Origin: Candidatus Heimdallarchaeota archaeon
Lineage (GTDB): Archaea; Asgardarchaeota; Heimdallarchaeia; Hodarchaeales; Hodarchaeaceae
Direction: 5' to 3'
DNA: 24,014 nucleotides
Assembly: GCA_019057635.1 (NCBI GenBank)
Contig: DXJL01000063.1
Location: 1 to 24,014, forward strand
Below the pieces are notes generated by a model. That model was not told the origin of the DNA. It was given only the letters and a program-made list of their open reading frames with translations, and did no database searches. Position 1 is the stretch's first letter; every line of letters starts with the position of its first letter. Shown here piece after piece: positions 9,025 to 17,811 of the stretch. The position numbers were made by a program, and so were the translations under genes.

Positions 9025-9048
9025 TTTTCGTTCACGAAAATCTTAAAA
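9025..9048 (+). promoter_or_regulatory. Putative archaeal BRE/TATA promoter of acnA overlapped by a 6-4-6 inverted repeat
   Basis: TTTTCG-TTCA-CGAAAA (9025-9040); CGAAAAT fits the BRE consensus and is followed by CTTAAAA. Confidence 0.5.
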
Positions 9049-9096
9049 CTTTTCGTCCTTAGTGGTCTCTAGTTGAAAACTTTGGAAGGAAATTAG

Positions 9097-11787
9097 TTGA
9101 TCTCACTAGAAAATATTCAGAAAGTCAAACAGGTAAAAATTTATGGCCAAGATGACGTTTTTGTTTACAGTTTAAGCGTATTAGAGGATTTAGGAGTCGA
9201 TATTGATCGGCTACCATTTTCTATACGGGTGCTTTTGGAAAATGTCTTGAGAAGTTACGATGCTAAAATTATTACCAAGGATGATGTAAACACGATAGCA
9301 AGTTGGCCAATAGGATTAGGAAAAACAATTCCCTACATGCCTGCTCGTGTAGTATTACAAGATCTAACAGGTGTTCCCCTTATTGTAGATATGGCTGCAA
9401 TCCGAGAGGCGGTTCATAAACTTGGTGGTGACCCTGCTCAGATTAATCCCCGTATTCCGACTGATCTGGTAATAGACCATTCTGTTCAAATCGATTTTTT
9501 CGGGGTAAATGACGCCTATGAACAAAATCTTGAAAAAGAGTATGAACGAAACTCAGAAAGATATAAACTGATTAAATGGGCCCAAAATTCATTTCAGAAT
9601 ACTCGTATTGTTCCCACAGGATCTGGTATTTGCCATCAGGTAAATCTTGAATATTTGGCCTCAGTAGTTGACGTACGTGAAGTTAATGGAGAAAAAATTG
9701 CTTTAGTTGATACGTGTGTGGGAACAGATAGTCACACTCCAATGGTTAATGGTGTTAGCGTGATTGGTTGGGGTGTAGGTGGGATAGAAGCTGAAGCTGT
9801 CATGTTAGGACAACCATATTACCTTCCTCTCCCTGAAGTTGTAGGAGTAAAGTTATCTGGAGAATTACCTGAAGGTACCACGGCAACCGACTTAGTCCTT
9901 ACAATAACCGAAAATCTCCGGAAAAGAAATCTTGTAGGGAAATTTGTTGAGTATTTCGGTCCAGGTGTAGGTAAATTGTCCGTCCCAGATCGTGCAACAC
10001 TCAGCAACATGTCTCCTGAAATGGGAATAACCGTTGGATTTTGGCCAATTGATCAACAAACACTCAATTATCTAGAGTTAAGTGGCAGAGATCCAGAACA
10101 TATTGCTTTTGTTAAGCAGTATGCCCAAGATCAAAAGTTGTTCAGGACTGCGGATACTCCTGACCCTCATTTTACCGAAATCATAGAAGTAGATATTTCA
10201 AAAATAGAACCCTCAATTGCTGGGCCACTGAATCCTGAAGAACAGGTGACACTGGCTGATGTGAAAAATCGAGTGGGAAGATTCCTAAATGAACACCTGA
10301 AAGAGAAAAATCGTGAGAAGAGTCAAGTAGATATTGAGTTAGATGGTATTACATGGCCAATTACTGATGGAGATTTAGTAATTGCAGCTATTACCTCTTG
10401 TACAAATACTTCAAATCCTAGTGTTATGATAGGTGCAGGTCTGCTGGCTAAAAAGGCAGTTAAATTAGGATTACGAGTAAAACCTACAATTAAAACGAGT
10501 CTTGCTCCTGGCTCAAAGGTGGTAACCGATTATCTAGATGATTTACATTTAACACCATATCTTGAAGCGCTTGGTTTTCATCTTGTCGGATACGGATGCA
10601 CAACATGCATTGGAAATAGTGGCCCCCTTCGCTCTGAAATCGAAGAGGCCATTAAGAAACATGACCTTTACGTGACATCTGTACTTAGTGGAAATAGAAA
10701 TTACGGCGGAAGAATCCATCAACTCACTCGTGGAAACTTCTTAGCTTCTCCCATGCTTGTAGTAGCATATGCTCTTGCGGGTACAGTTGATATCAATTTA
10801 TCGAAGGATCCTCTTAGCTATACACCTAATGGGAAACCAATTTACCTGAAAGATATTTGGCCGTCTGCAGATGAGATTAATTATGCAGTTGAAAAAGGTC
10901 TTTCTTCGGAAATTTACAAAAAAGAGTATAGTATGATTAGTGAGGGGGATCCTAACTGGCAGGCTTTAAAAGCACCAACTACAACTCTCTTTGAATGGGA
11001 TCCTGAATCAACCTACATTCGGAATCCTCCCTTCTTTGAGGACCGTTACTTCTCTCTTGAGGCAAAATCCTTTAAAGATATCAAAGGCGCCCGTGTTCTT
11101 GGATTATTTCACGATAAAGTGTCAACTGATCATATCAGTCCTGCTGGAGCTATTGCTTCTGAAAGTCCTGCGGGAAAATATTTGATATCCAAAGGTGTGC
11201 CTCTTGATGCTTTCAATACATACGGAAGTCGTCGTGGTAATCATGAAATTATGATGCGTGGAACTCTAGCTAATATTCGAGTAAAAAATCAGCTAACTCC
11301 CTCCAAAGAAGGTTGGTGGACAATACATCATCCCAGTGGTGAATTAACAAGCTTTTACGATGCTGCAATGAAGTATGGGGAAGATTCAACGCCTACCATT
11401 GTTCTTGGGTCGGCACTTTATGGTGTTGGTAGTTCACGTGATTGGGCTGCAAAAGGTGTGGCCTTACTTGGTGCTCAGGCTGTCTTTGCCAAAAGTTTTG
11501 AACGCATTCATCGAAGTAATCTTGTGGGCATGGGTGTGCTTCCCCTCGAATTTGAAAATGGTCAAGGTTGGCAAGAATTGGGATTAGATGGTACAGAGAC
11601 CTATGACATTCTTGGTCTTGATGCAGGTTTACGACCAAAAATGAAATTACAAGTTGTAGCTAACAAGAGTGATGGATCTACTATAAAGTTTTCAGTAACT
11701 GCACGAGTGGATGCGGAGATTGAAATTGAATATTTCAAACATGGTGGAATTTTGCAGTTCCTAGTTGCCTCCGTCATAAATAAATAG
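9097..11787 (+). CDS. acnA: Aconitate hydratase A (AcnA/IRP1 family)
   Basis: RLPFSIRVLLEN, PARVVLQDLTGVP, DHSVQ, GTDSHT, AAITSCTNTSNP and GYGCTTCIGNSG (three Fe-S cysteines), DHISPAG, YGSRRGNH, GSSRDWAAKG; 896 aa; TTG start with GGAAGG upstream. Confidence 0.97.
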   Translation: MISLENIQKVKQVKIYGQDDVFVYSLSVLEDLGVDIDRLPFSIRVLLENVLRSYDAKIITKDDVNTIASWPIGLGKTIPYMPARVVLQDLTGVPLIVDMAAIREAVHKLGGDPAQINPRIPTDLVIDHSVQIDFFGVNDAYEQNLEKEYERNSERYKLIKWAQNSFQNTRIVPTGSGICHQVNLEYLASVVDVREVNGEKIALVDTCVGTDSHTPMVNGVSVIGWGVGGIEAEAVMLGQPYYLPLPEVVGVKLSGELPEGTTATDLVLTITENLRKRNLVGKFVEYFGPGVGKLSVPDRATLSNMSPEMGITVGFWPIDQQTLNYLELSGRDPEHIAFVKQYAQDQKLFRTADTPDPHFTEIIEVDISKIEPSIAGPLNPEEQVTLADVKNRVGRFLNEHLKEKNREKSQVDIELDGITWPITDGDLVIAAITSCTNTSNPSVMIGAGLLAKKAVKLGLRVKPTIKTSLAPGSKVVTDYLDDLHLTPYLEALGFHLVGYGCTTCIGNSGPLRSEIEEAIKKHDLYVTSVLSGNRNYGGRIHQLTRGNFLASPMLVVAYALAGTVDINLSKDPLSYTPNGKPIYLKDIWPSADEINYAVEKGLSSEIYKKEYSMISEGDPNWQALKAPTTTLFEWDPESTYIRNPPFFEDRYFSLEAKSFKDIKGARVLGLFHDKVSTDHISPAGAIASESPAGKYLISKGVPLDAFNTYGSRRGNHEIMMRGTLANIRVKNQLTPSKEGWWTIHHPSGELTSFYDAAMKYGEDSTPTIVLGSALYGVGSSRDWAAKGVALLGAQAVFAKSFERIHRSNLVGMGVLPLEFENGQGWQELGLDGTETYDILGLDAGLRPKMKLQVVANKSDGSTIKFSVTARVDAEIEIEYFKHGGILQFLVASVINK

Positions 11788-11792
11788 CTTTG

Positions 11793-11820
11793 GGGTAATA
11801 CCTACACCTACCCTTTTTTT
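11793..11820 (+). terminator. Terminator after acnA (short stem + T7)
   Basis: GGGTA...TACCC followed by TTTTTTT; overlaps the stop codon of the convergent DinB gene. Confidence 0.5.
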
Positions 11821-12319
11821 AAAAACCCCAAGCCCCTTTTTCTCTTGCTCTTTTGATTTCCAAAATCTGGCCTGAGTGAGTAAATACATGATTGAAATGC
11901 AGAACCAGAACTTTCATATGATTTCGATTTTTCCAGTGTGGAGGAAGAAGTGAATCATCGGGAAATTTTTCTAGCCACATCTCGTCTTTTGCCATTAATT
12001 CCTCAACGACTTGACCAGTTACAAGTTTAAATTGTGTGAATAAATCCTCAAGTGAATATTGATTAGGGAATTCTCCTTCAGAGCTAAATCCAAATAGTGT
12101 ATAAAAATCGTCAGGAAGCAGGGATGGTTTTTCCAGTAGTAATTGATTAACAAATTGTTCATGGGATACTAGCACGTGACGAACGATCCACCCAGCAGCC
12201 GGAGCAGGATTTTTATCTGAACGCCATCTCAGATCTTCTGGGGTTAATTCTTCGGTAACAAACTTCATTTGATTTTCTAGTGCGAAACAAAAAGTTCGTA
12301 TTACTGTTATTGCTCTCAT
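11819..12319 (-). CDS. DinB/YfiT superfamily protein (three-His metal site)
   Basis: LTPEDLRWR, GWIVRH and HVFTHSGQI (H...HxxxH.GQI) pattern; 166 aa. Confidence 0.85.
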   Translation of the reverse strand: MRAITVIRTFCFALENQMKFVTEELTPEDLRWRSDKNPAPAAGWIVRHVLVSHEQFVNQLLLEKPSLLPDDFYTLFGFSSEGEFPNQYSLEDLFTQFKLVTGQVVEELMAKDEMWLEKFPDDSLLPPHWKNRNHMKVLVLHFNHVFTHSGQILEIKRAREKGAWGF

Positions 12320-12441
12320 CCAATACGCCTTCCTAAATTGAATTGAATCATTATTGAGAATTAAGTTCTTACCAGTGATCTTTTATAGTTTTCAGCTATT
12401 TTTGACAACAAGCATCGGTACGATTCTTTTCTCACTGGGAA

Positions 12442-13083
12442 ATGGGTTTCATTGTGAATTCTCAACCAAAGAAATTATTATATGTTCTCTTCCCATTTAT
12501 CGTACTTATAATTAGTTTGATATCTATAAATCTCTTATCAATGATTGATTCAGATCCATTGGACACAATCTGGACAACTCGACAGCTAGTAATTGGATTA
12601 TTCATTTTTGTTGGATTTTCATTTATCCCTGGATTTTTACAACTTTCATTCCGAAATTCATTCCCGTGGTTCGTTGTATCTCTCTCTCACCACTCAGGTT
12701 CTATGAAAAAGCACGAACTGGTCTACAAGAATCATTCTATCTGTGCAGGATGCTTTGGTTCTACTCTTAGCATTTTTCTTAGCAACATATGTCTATTACT
12801 CTATTTTTTCTTTCCTTCATCTTTCACTGGAATAACCCCTCCAGTACTTCTTATCATTGGATTTATTCTCATCTTAGGAACTTATAGTAGATATTTCACA
12901 ACCTTTTCCCCTAGAATTAGGTTAATGCAACATTCAACATTATTTCTCGGATTATCGCTCCTTATAATCGCAGAGGACATGATATTCCAGTCTGCGTTAT
13001 TTATAGTCCTTCTTTTACCAAGTTGGATCAGTTTTTTATTAGTAAGAGTAAAATTAAGTAAAGAGAAACATAGTAAAAGCTAA
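12442..13083 (+). CDS. Membrane protein with SHH...CxxC motif (DUF2085-like, tentative)
   Basis: About 6 hydrophobic segments; LSHH..(x)..SICAGCFG immediately before a TM helix. Confidence 0.65.
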   Translation: MGFIVNSQPKKLLYVLFPFIVLIISLISINLLSMIDSDPLDTIWTTRQLVIGLFIFVGFSFIPGFLQLSFRNSFPWFVVSLSHHSGSMKKHELVYKNHSICAGCFGSTLSIFLSNICLLLYFFFPSSFTGITPPVLLIIGFILILGTYSRYFTTFSPRIRLMQHSTLFLGLSLLIIAEDMIFQSALFIVLLLPSWISFLLVRVKLSKEKHSKS

Positions 13084-13158
13084 TTGACTTCAGAATTAAA
13101 ATCTGAAAAATAGAAAGGAAAAAATATGTATATCATAAAATTCTAAGTTTTTTGGGTC

Positions 13159-13890
13159 GTGAGAAGGATTATGATTGATTTCGCGAGTACTTTAGGCCTC
13201 TGGATCTTTGCGATACTCTTAGGGTTGAAGCATTCGTTTGATGCCGATCATCTTGTCGCTGTAACAGGCGTTTTAAGTAATGCTCCCACTACTAAACAAA
13301 CTACCAAATTAAGTGTGTCATGGGCATTAGGCCATATGGTAACAGCTTCCCTGTTGACAATCGTGTTATTTTCTTTTAAAGAAACTCTCTTAAAAGAGAT
13401 TTTAGGTAATATGGAATTACTTGTCCCATTTATGTTGATTGCTATTGCTCTATTAACTTTAGCATGGGAATTTGATCTGCTCCACTTTCACAGGCATGAA
13501 CACACTCAAAAGGACATTGAAGAATCAAAAGAGCATACTCATCTTCACCTTCATTTACCCAAATTGAATGAACACGGAACGATGGTTGGGATAGGTATAA
13601 TTCATGGATTAGCAAGTAATGATGAATTATTATTGTTATTCACATTGACATTAGGTATTAATGAGTTGTGGGCCATACTTATAGGAGTCGTGTTTTTCAC
13701 AGTGGGTGTAATTAGCGGTATGGTTGCATACGGATGGCTAATCAACTTTCCAAACCAGCGATGGGGTGAAAAACGAGTTACCAGAGTAGTTAATATCTCA
13801 ATTGCTTCTATTACTTTGGCATATGCTTTTTGGTTATTGATTGGGCTGGAAGGGCTGAATGTTGTTGAATTTGTAAGTTCACTTTTTTAA
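13159..13890 (+). CDS. UreH/NiCoT (HoxN/NixA)-like nickel/cobalt transporter
   Basis: LGLKHSFDADHLVAV (HxxDxDH signature), WALGH, His-rich loop HFHRHEH..HTHLHLH, GIIHGLA. Alternative ATG start at 13171. Confidence 0.88.
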   Translation: MRRIMIDFASTLGLWIFAILLGLKHSFDADHLVAVTGVLSNAPTTKQTTKLSVSWALGHMVTASLLTIVLFSFKETLLKEILGNMELLVPFMLIAIALLTLAWEFDLLHFHRHEHTQKDIEESKEHTHLHLHLPKLNEHGTMVGIGIIHGLASNDELLLLFTLTLGINELWAILIGVVFFTVGVISGMVAYGWLINFPNQRWGEKRVTRVVNISIASITLAYAFWLLIGLEGLNVVEFVSSLF

Positions 13891-13972
13891 AGAAATTGAA
13901 AGAATAACTAAATAAAATACAATCTATTTACGGGTTACGTCATAGAAGAGGTTATTACAAGAGGTATTAAAA

Positions 13973-14719
13973 TTGGTTAACTTTGAAATCACAGTTCTTT
14001 TTTATGGTACCGTAGCAGGACTTGCTACACTTTCAGGCATCGTACTTATGCGCAGTAAGCAGGAATGGGCAATTTCGAGATCCCAGTATGTCAATTCGTT
14101 TGCTGCAGGATTAATATTGGCACTTGTATTCTTTCATTTACTTCCTGAAGCAGTAGAATTATCAGATATCGCTTTTCCTACCATATTTCTTGGTTTTTTC
14201 AGTTTTTATCTTTTAGAAAACTTCATTGTGATTCATTCAGGATCGGAACTTCACTTTCATGAAAGCGATCCGTGTTTACAGCATTCCTCTGAGACTAATG
14301 GCGTCATGGCATTTACAGGGTTAAGTTTGCATTCGTTAATAGACGGAGTGATCATCGGGGTCGGTTTCGAGTTGGGAACAGAAATAGGTATGTTAGCAGC
14401 ACTAGCTGTAATCGCTCATGAAGTACCTGAAGGCGTAACCTCTTTTGCCTTGATAAATGAAACACTTCCTGACAAGTCGCTCATCCTTTCTTTGATAGTT
14501 GCTATTGCTACACCTATTGGTGCTTTAATTTCATTGCTATTCATTCATAGTTTAACAGATAACTTGATTGGTATCCTACTTGCCCTGGCTGCTGGAACAT
14601 TTATCTATGTCTCTGCTTCAGATTTAATTCCTCAGACACATGGAACCCAGAACTTAAAAACTATGGTCGCGTTCCTACTCGGTGCGGTATTGATTATGGT
14701 AATCTCTTTCATACCATAA
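13973..14719 (+). CDS. ZIP-family (ZupT/GufA) divalent metal transporter
   Basis: SFAAG, HLLPEA, His loop HSGSELHFH, LHSLIDG (TM4), AHEVPEG (TM5), AAGTFIYV..SDLIP; GAGGT RBS before a TTG start. Confidence 0.93.
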   Translation: MVNFEITVLFYGTVAGLATLSGIVLMRSKQEWAISRSQYVNSFAAGLILALVFFHLLPEAVELSDIAFPTIFLGFFSFYLLENFIVIHSGSELHFHESDPCLQHSSETNGVMAFTGLSLHSLIDGVIIGVGFELGTEIGMLAALAVIAHEVPEGVTSFALINETLPDKSLILSLIVAIATPIGALISLLFIHSLTDNLIGILLALAAGTFIYVSASDLIPQTHGTQNLKTMVAFLLGAVLIMVISFIP

Positions 14720-14734
14720 ACATTCTTTAGCAGT

Positions 14735-15592
14735 CTAGATTTGACTAGTGGCAATTTCTTTCGTTTTTCGATTTACTAGAAAATTGCCTAACCAAATGAG
14801 GATTATTGCGACAACAAAGCAGATAATCGGTAAGCGAAATAAATAATCGTTTTCAGGCTGAAGATACAATACTAAGAGTGTTGTTACAAGGCTAGGAAAA
14901 AATAAGTAGGCTCCAGTCCTAAGTAACCAGAATCCATTGGATCCATATCCAGGTATGTAATGTCTAGTTAACCCTCCAGAGGTTGCAGCGTCAGTGATGA
15001 TATTTGTCATTGTTTCATCTGGCGGATGCCCATCTGGAAAGTGAACAAGAACCCGTTTAAACTTCTTTCGAAATATTCCGAAGGAGAGGATTTCAAAAAG
15101 ACCAAAAAATATAGCTAACACGAATTCAATCCCAAGAGCAACAGCAGGTATGATATAGGGTGCAAGGTAAAGAATCAATAAAAAGACTGCAACAATCACA
15201 ATAAAGAGCACTAATGCTCCTGCGCTATCACTATTGGAATCACAATCGCTATTGGAGTTGCATCCACTTCCTTGTGAGTTACAGCCGCGAGATGAAGACC
15301 TTCCAGTTCTCTTCCCAGATGAACGAACTCTCCCCCGTCCTCCTGAGTAACTTGTTGATGAGGAACGAGTAGACCGACCACAGTTAATATCTCCACAATA
15401 ATAATAACCCCGACAGCATACTTCATCAACCATAGGTGCTCCTGATCCATCCCCAAGCTCCTGCACTTCTTGACGCGCACATACTGTATCACGTGCTGTC
15501 AATGCTACCACATCGGCTTTTACACGATGTTGAGCACATATTTCAGATATTGTATCAGCCGAAATACCATTGAATTCAACTTCCATGAACAA
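14735..15592 (-). CDS. Hypothetical membrane protein with Cys- and Ser/Gly/Arg-rich N-terminal region
   Basis: 285-aa ORF with GGTGA RBS upstream; low-complexity segment followed by about 4 TM helices. Confidence 0.75.
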   Translation of the reverse strand: MFMEVEFNGISADTISEICAQHRVKADVVALTARDTVCARQEVQELGDGSGAPMVDEVCCRGYYYCGDINCGRSTRSSSTSYSGGRGRVRSSGKRTGRSSSRGCNSQGSGCNSNSDCDSNSDSAGALVLFIVIVAVFLLILYLAPYIIPAVALGIEFVLAIFFGLFEILSFGIFRKKFKRVLVHFPDGHPPDETMTNIITDAATSGGLTRHYIPGYGSNGFWLLRTGAYLFFPSLVTTLLVLYLQPENDYLFRLPIICFVVAIILIWLGNFLVNRKTKEIATSQI

Positions 15593-15673
15593 TCACCGAT
15601 GAATAAGCAATAAAGAAATCAATCTCGAAATTCATGACTTGAGCCAATATAAAAAACTTGTGAAAGTGTAAAG

Positions 15674-16696
15674 TTAACTGAATTGCTGCTTTAATTGCCG
15701 TAAGGCTTTGATTTCACCAAGAATTAACAATTTCGATCCAGGATGAATTTTATCGTCGGATTCAGGATGGGGTTGTTTATCAATTGCAACTATTGTTATC
15801 TCGAATTGCCTTTCAACATCTTCTACTATGAGCGGGGAAACACGCTTGGTTGACGATATCTCTATCTCCATCAAGTGTATATCACTCTTTCCTTTTTTCG
15901 ACTTTAAAGTTTGGATTATTCCATCTTCGAAGCTAGTGGCGACGAATGCGGGGGCAGCAATTGCACTTGTGCTTAGAGCTGCATCAATGTCAAAGAGTTC
16001 TGTAACTTTTTTAGAAAAAGCTACATCAAATGCTCTAATCACAGTACGTAAATTTGGATTCAATTCTTTTGCAATCGTGGCAATTTTAAAATTGACTAAA
16101 TCATCATTTGTAACCGCAATCAGTGCACGTGCCTTCTGGACATTTACTTTTTCTAATATCGGACGTTGAGTGGCATCTCCGAAAATTAAAGCTATAGAAG
16201 GATGTTCTAATAATTCATTTATCAATTCTGAATTATCTTTCTCAAGAGTTATAACAGTCGTAGCTATTCCATCTTCTTTTAGCTCATTAACAATCCTACT
16301 CCCCACATTTCCCAATCCAACCAAAATTGTGTGCCTTTCCATATCATTTGCCAACCAATCATTCCAAGCTTCTAGTCGATACCTGTATGTGAAGACGATC
16401 ATTCCGAACTCAATTATTCCTATCCCTATCAGAACTAACCCTAAAAATGGATACACAACGTATAAAAGCTTTATAACTACATCTCCGGCATGAGGAAAAG
16501 TATATACGTCCATAGATAGCAATAAGGCAATAGTTGCTAATATATTATCAAGAATGGCTCCTGTATATTGCAAATCGAATGATGGAAGGTAATACCAGTG
16601 AAATATAAGGCTTCCCAAGGTGATAGTCCCTAGAAGAAGGAGGAATGCAGATTTTAGCTGCTTAAAAGCCAAAATAATCGAGCGAATCTTTTTCAC
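15674..16696 (-). CDS. Potassium-channel-like protein: TM region + RCK (TrkA_N/TrkA_C) domains
   Basis: HTILVGLGNVG (Rossmann GxGxxG), GDAT, DDLVN, AKELNP; N-terminal hydrophobic helices; short TrkA_C. Confidence 0.85.
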   Translation of the reverse strand: MKKIRSIILAFKQLKSAFLLLLGTITLGSLIFHWYYLPSFDLQYTGAILDNILATIALLLSMDVYTFPHAGDVVIKLLYVVYPFLGLVLIGIGIIEFGMIVFTYRYRLEAWNDWLANDMERHTILVGLGNVGSRIVNELKEDGIATTVITLEKDNSELINELLEHPSIALIFGDATQRPILEKVNVQKARALIAVTNDDLVNFKIATIAKELNPNLRTVIRAFDVAFSKKVTELFDIDAALSTSAIAAPAFVATSFEDGIIQTLKSKKGKSDIHLMEIEISSTKRVSPLIVEDVERQFEITIVAIDKQPHPESDDKIHPGSKLLILGEIKALRQLKQQFS

Positions 16697-16818
16697 AGGA
16701 AGAAGGGATAAAAAACCGTTTATTATCTTTTATGGTAGGATAACCTCCATCAGTCGTTTGGGAAATTCGCTTCGAAATCGAAATTATCAAATTCCAATAG
16801 AGAAAACTTTGGAAGCGG

Positions 16819-17670
16819 ATGAAAGAGATGCGAAGAATTGTAATAGGAGGTAATTGGAAAATGCAAATTACTTCCAATAATGAAGCGGTAAAAATTGCCG
16901 ACGACATTGCCCAAGGTTTATCTACTATATCAAATGTGGATGTATTTATTGCCCCATCTTTTACTGAATTGTATTCAGTGAGTAAAACAATTAAAGACAC
17001 CCATCTAATGTTGGCGGGGCAGAATATGTATTATCACGAGAAAGGAGCTTTCACTGGTCAAATATCGGTTCTATCATTAAAAGAATTATGTCAGTTTGTG
17101 ATTTTAGGACATTCTGAACCCCGACGGATTTTTGGAGAAACCGATGATTTGATACGTCAGAAACTTCTGAAAGCTCTTGAAAGCGGGTTAACACCTGTTT
17201 TATGCCTTGGAGAAACGGCTAAAGAGCGTGAAGGCGAAAAAGCAAAAGAAGTCCTACATCAACAGCTTGCTGGGAGCTTAAAAGGGTTAGAAATAAATCA
17301 AATGAAGGAAATTGTAATTGCTTACGAACCTGTCTGGGCTATAAATAACAAATTCCTAAATCCTGATACCAAAATCCGACCTGCTACCCCCGTCGAAGCT
17401 AATGAAGCCCATACTATTATTCGAGAATGGTTTAAAAACGAATTTGGTGCCCCAATTGCTGAAGAAATTTCAATCATCTATGGAGGCAGTATGAATGCAC
17501 AGAATGCTAAAGAATTACTAAACTTGGAGCAAATTGATGGAGGGTTGATAGGAGGCGCTTCTTTGTCAGCAGAAAAGTTTTTACCAATTATTAGGATTGC
17601 CTCTCAACTTTCGGCGAATCAATCAGCTGATTATAGATGGGAGAGCAATACTTTGCGCTTTGATGAGTAA
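16819..17670 (+). CDS. tpiA: Triosephosphate isomerase family, bacterial/eukaryotic type, with atypical loop 6
   Basis: GGNWKM, GAFTG, VILGHSE, AYEPVWAI, YGGS, IDGGLIGGASL. Confidence 0.92.
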   Translation: MKEMRRIVIGGNWKMQITSNNEAVKIADDIAQGLSTISNVDVFIAPSFTELYSVSKTIKDTHLMLAGQNMYYHEKGAFTGQISVLSLKELCQFVILGHSEPRRIFGETDDLIRQKLLKALESGLTPVLCLGETAKEREGEKAKEVLHQQLAGSLKGLEINQMKEIVIAYEPVWAINNKFLNPDTKIRPATPVEANEAHTIIREWFKNEFGAPIAEEISIIYGGSMNAQNAKELLNLEQIDGGLIGGASLSAEKFLPIIRIASQLSANQSADYRWESNTLRFDE

Positions 17671-17761
17671 AATCTATCTTCCTTAATATCACGGAAGGAT
17701 TTCAAAACAACGATTATTTTCTGAATGCATTTTTATAGATGTCTTTCCCATTTAGTAATTC

Positions 17762-17785
17762 ATCTGAGTCATGTCCTGACTCGAT
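17762..17785 (+). promoter_or_regulatory. Stem-loop/inverted repeat upstream of dodecin
   Basis: ATC-T-GAGTCA-TGTCC-TGACTC-GAT; TTTTATA TATA-like box about 25 nt upstream. Confidence 0.4.
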
Positions 17786-17811
17786 AATAAAATGAAATAA
17801 TAGTGATAAAA

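Noticed and set aside
12427-12444. IRE-like minus-strand TTTCC-CAGTGA-GAAAA near an IRP1-family aconitase and metal transporters
   Set aside because: The upper stem has a C-A mismatch, there is no bulged C at the required position and no lower stem. It is also antisense to the transporter cluster. CAGTG at 1328 and 12373 has no stem either.
13928-13965. Short direct repeats TTACG x2 and AAGAGGT x2 before the ZIP gene
   Set aside because: Too short; the second AAGAGGT is simply the RBS.
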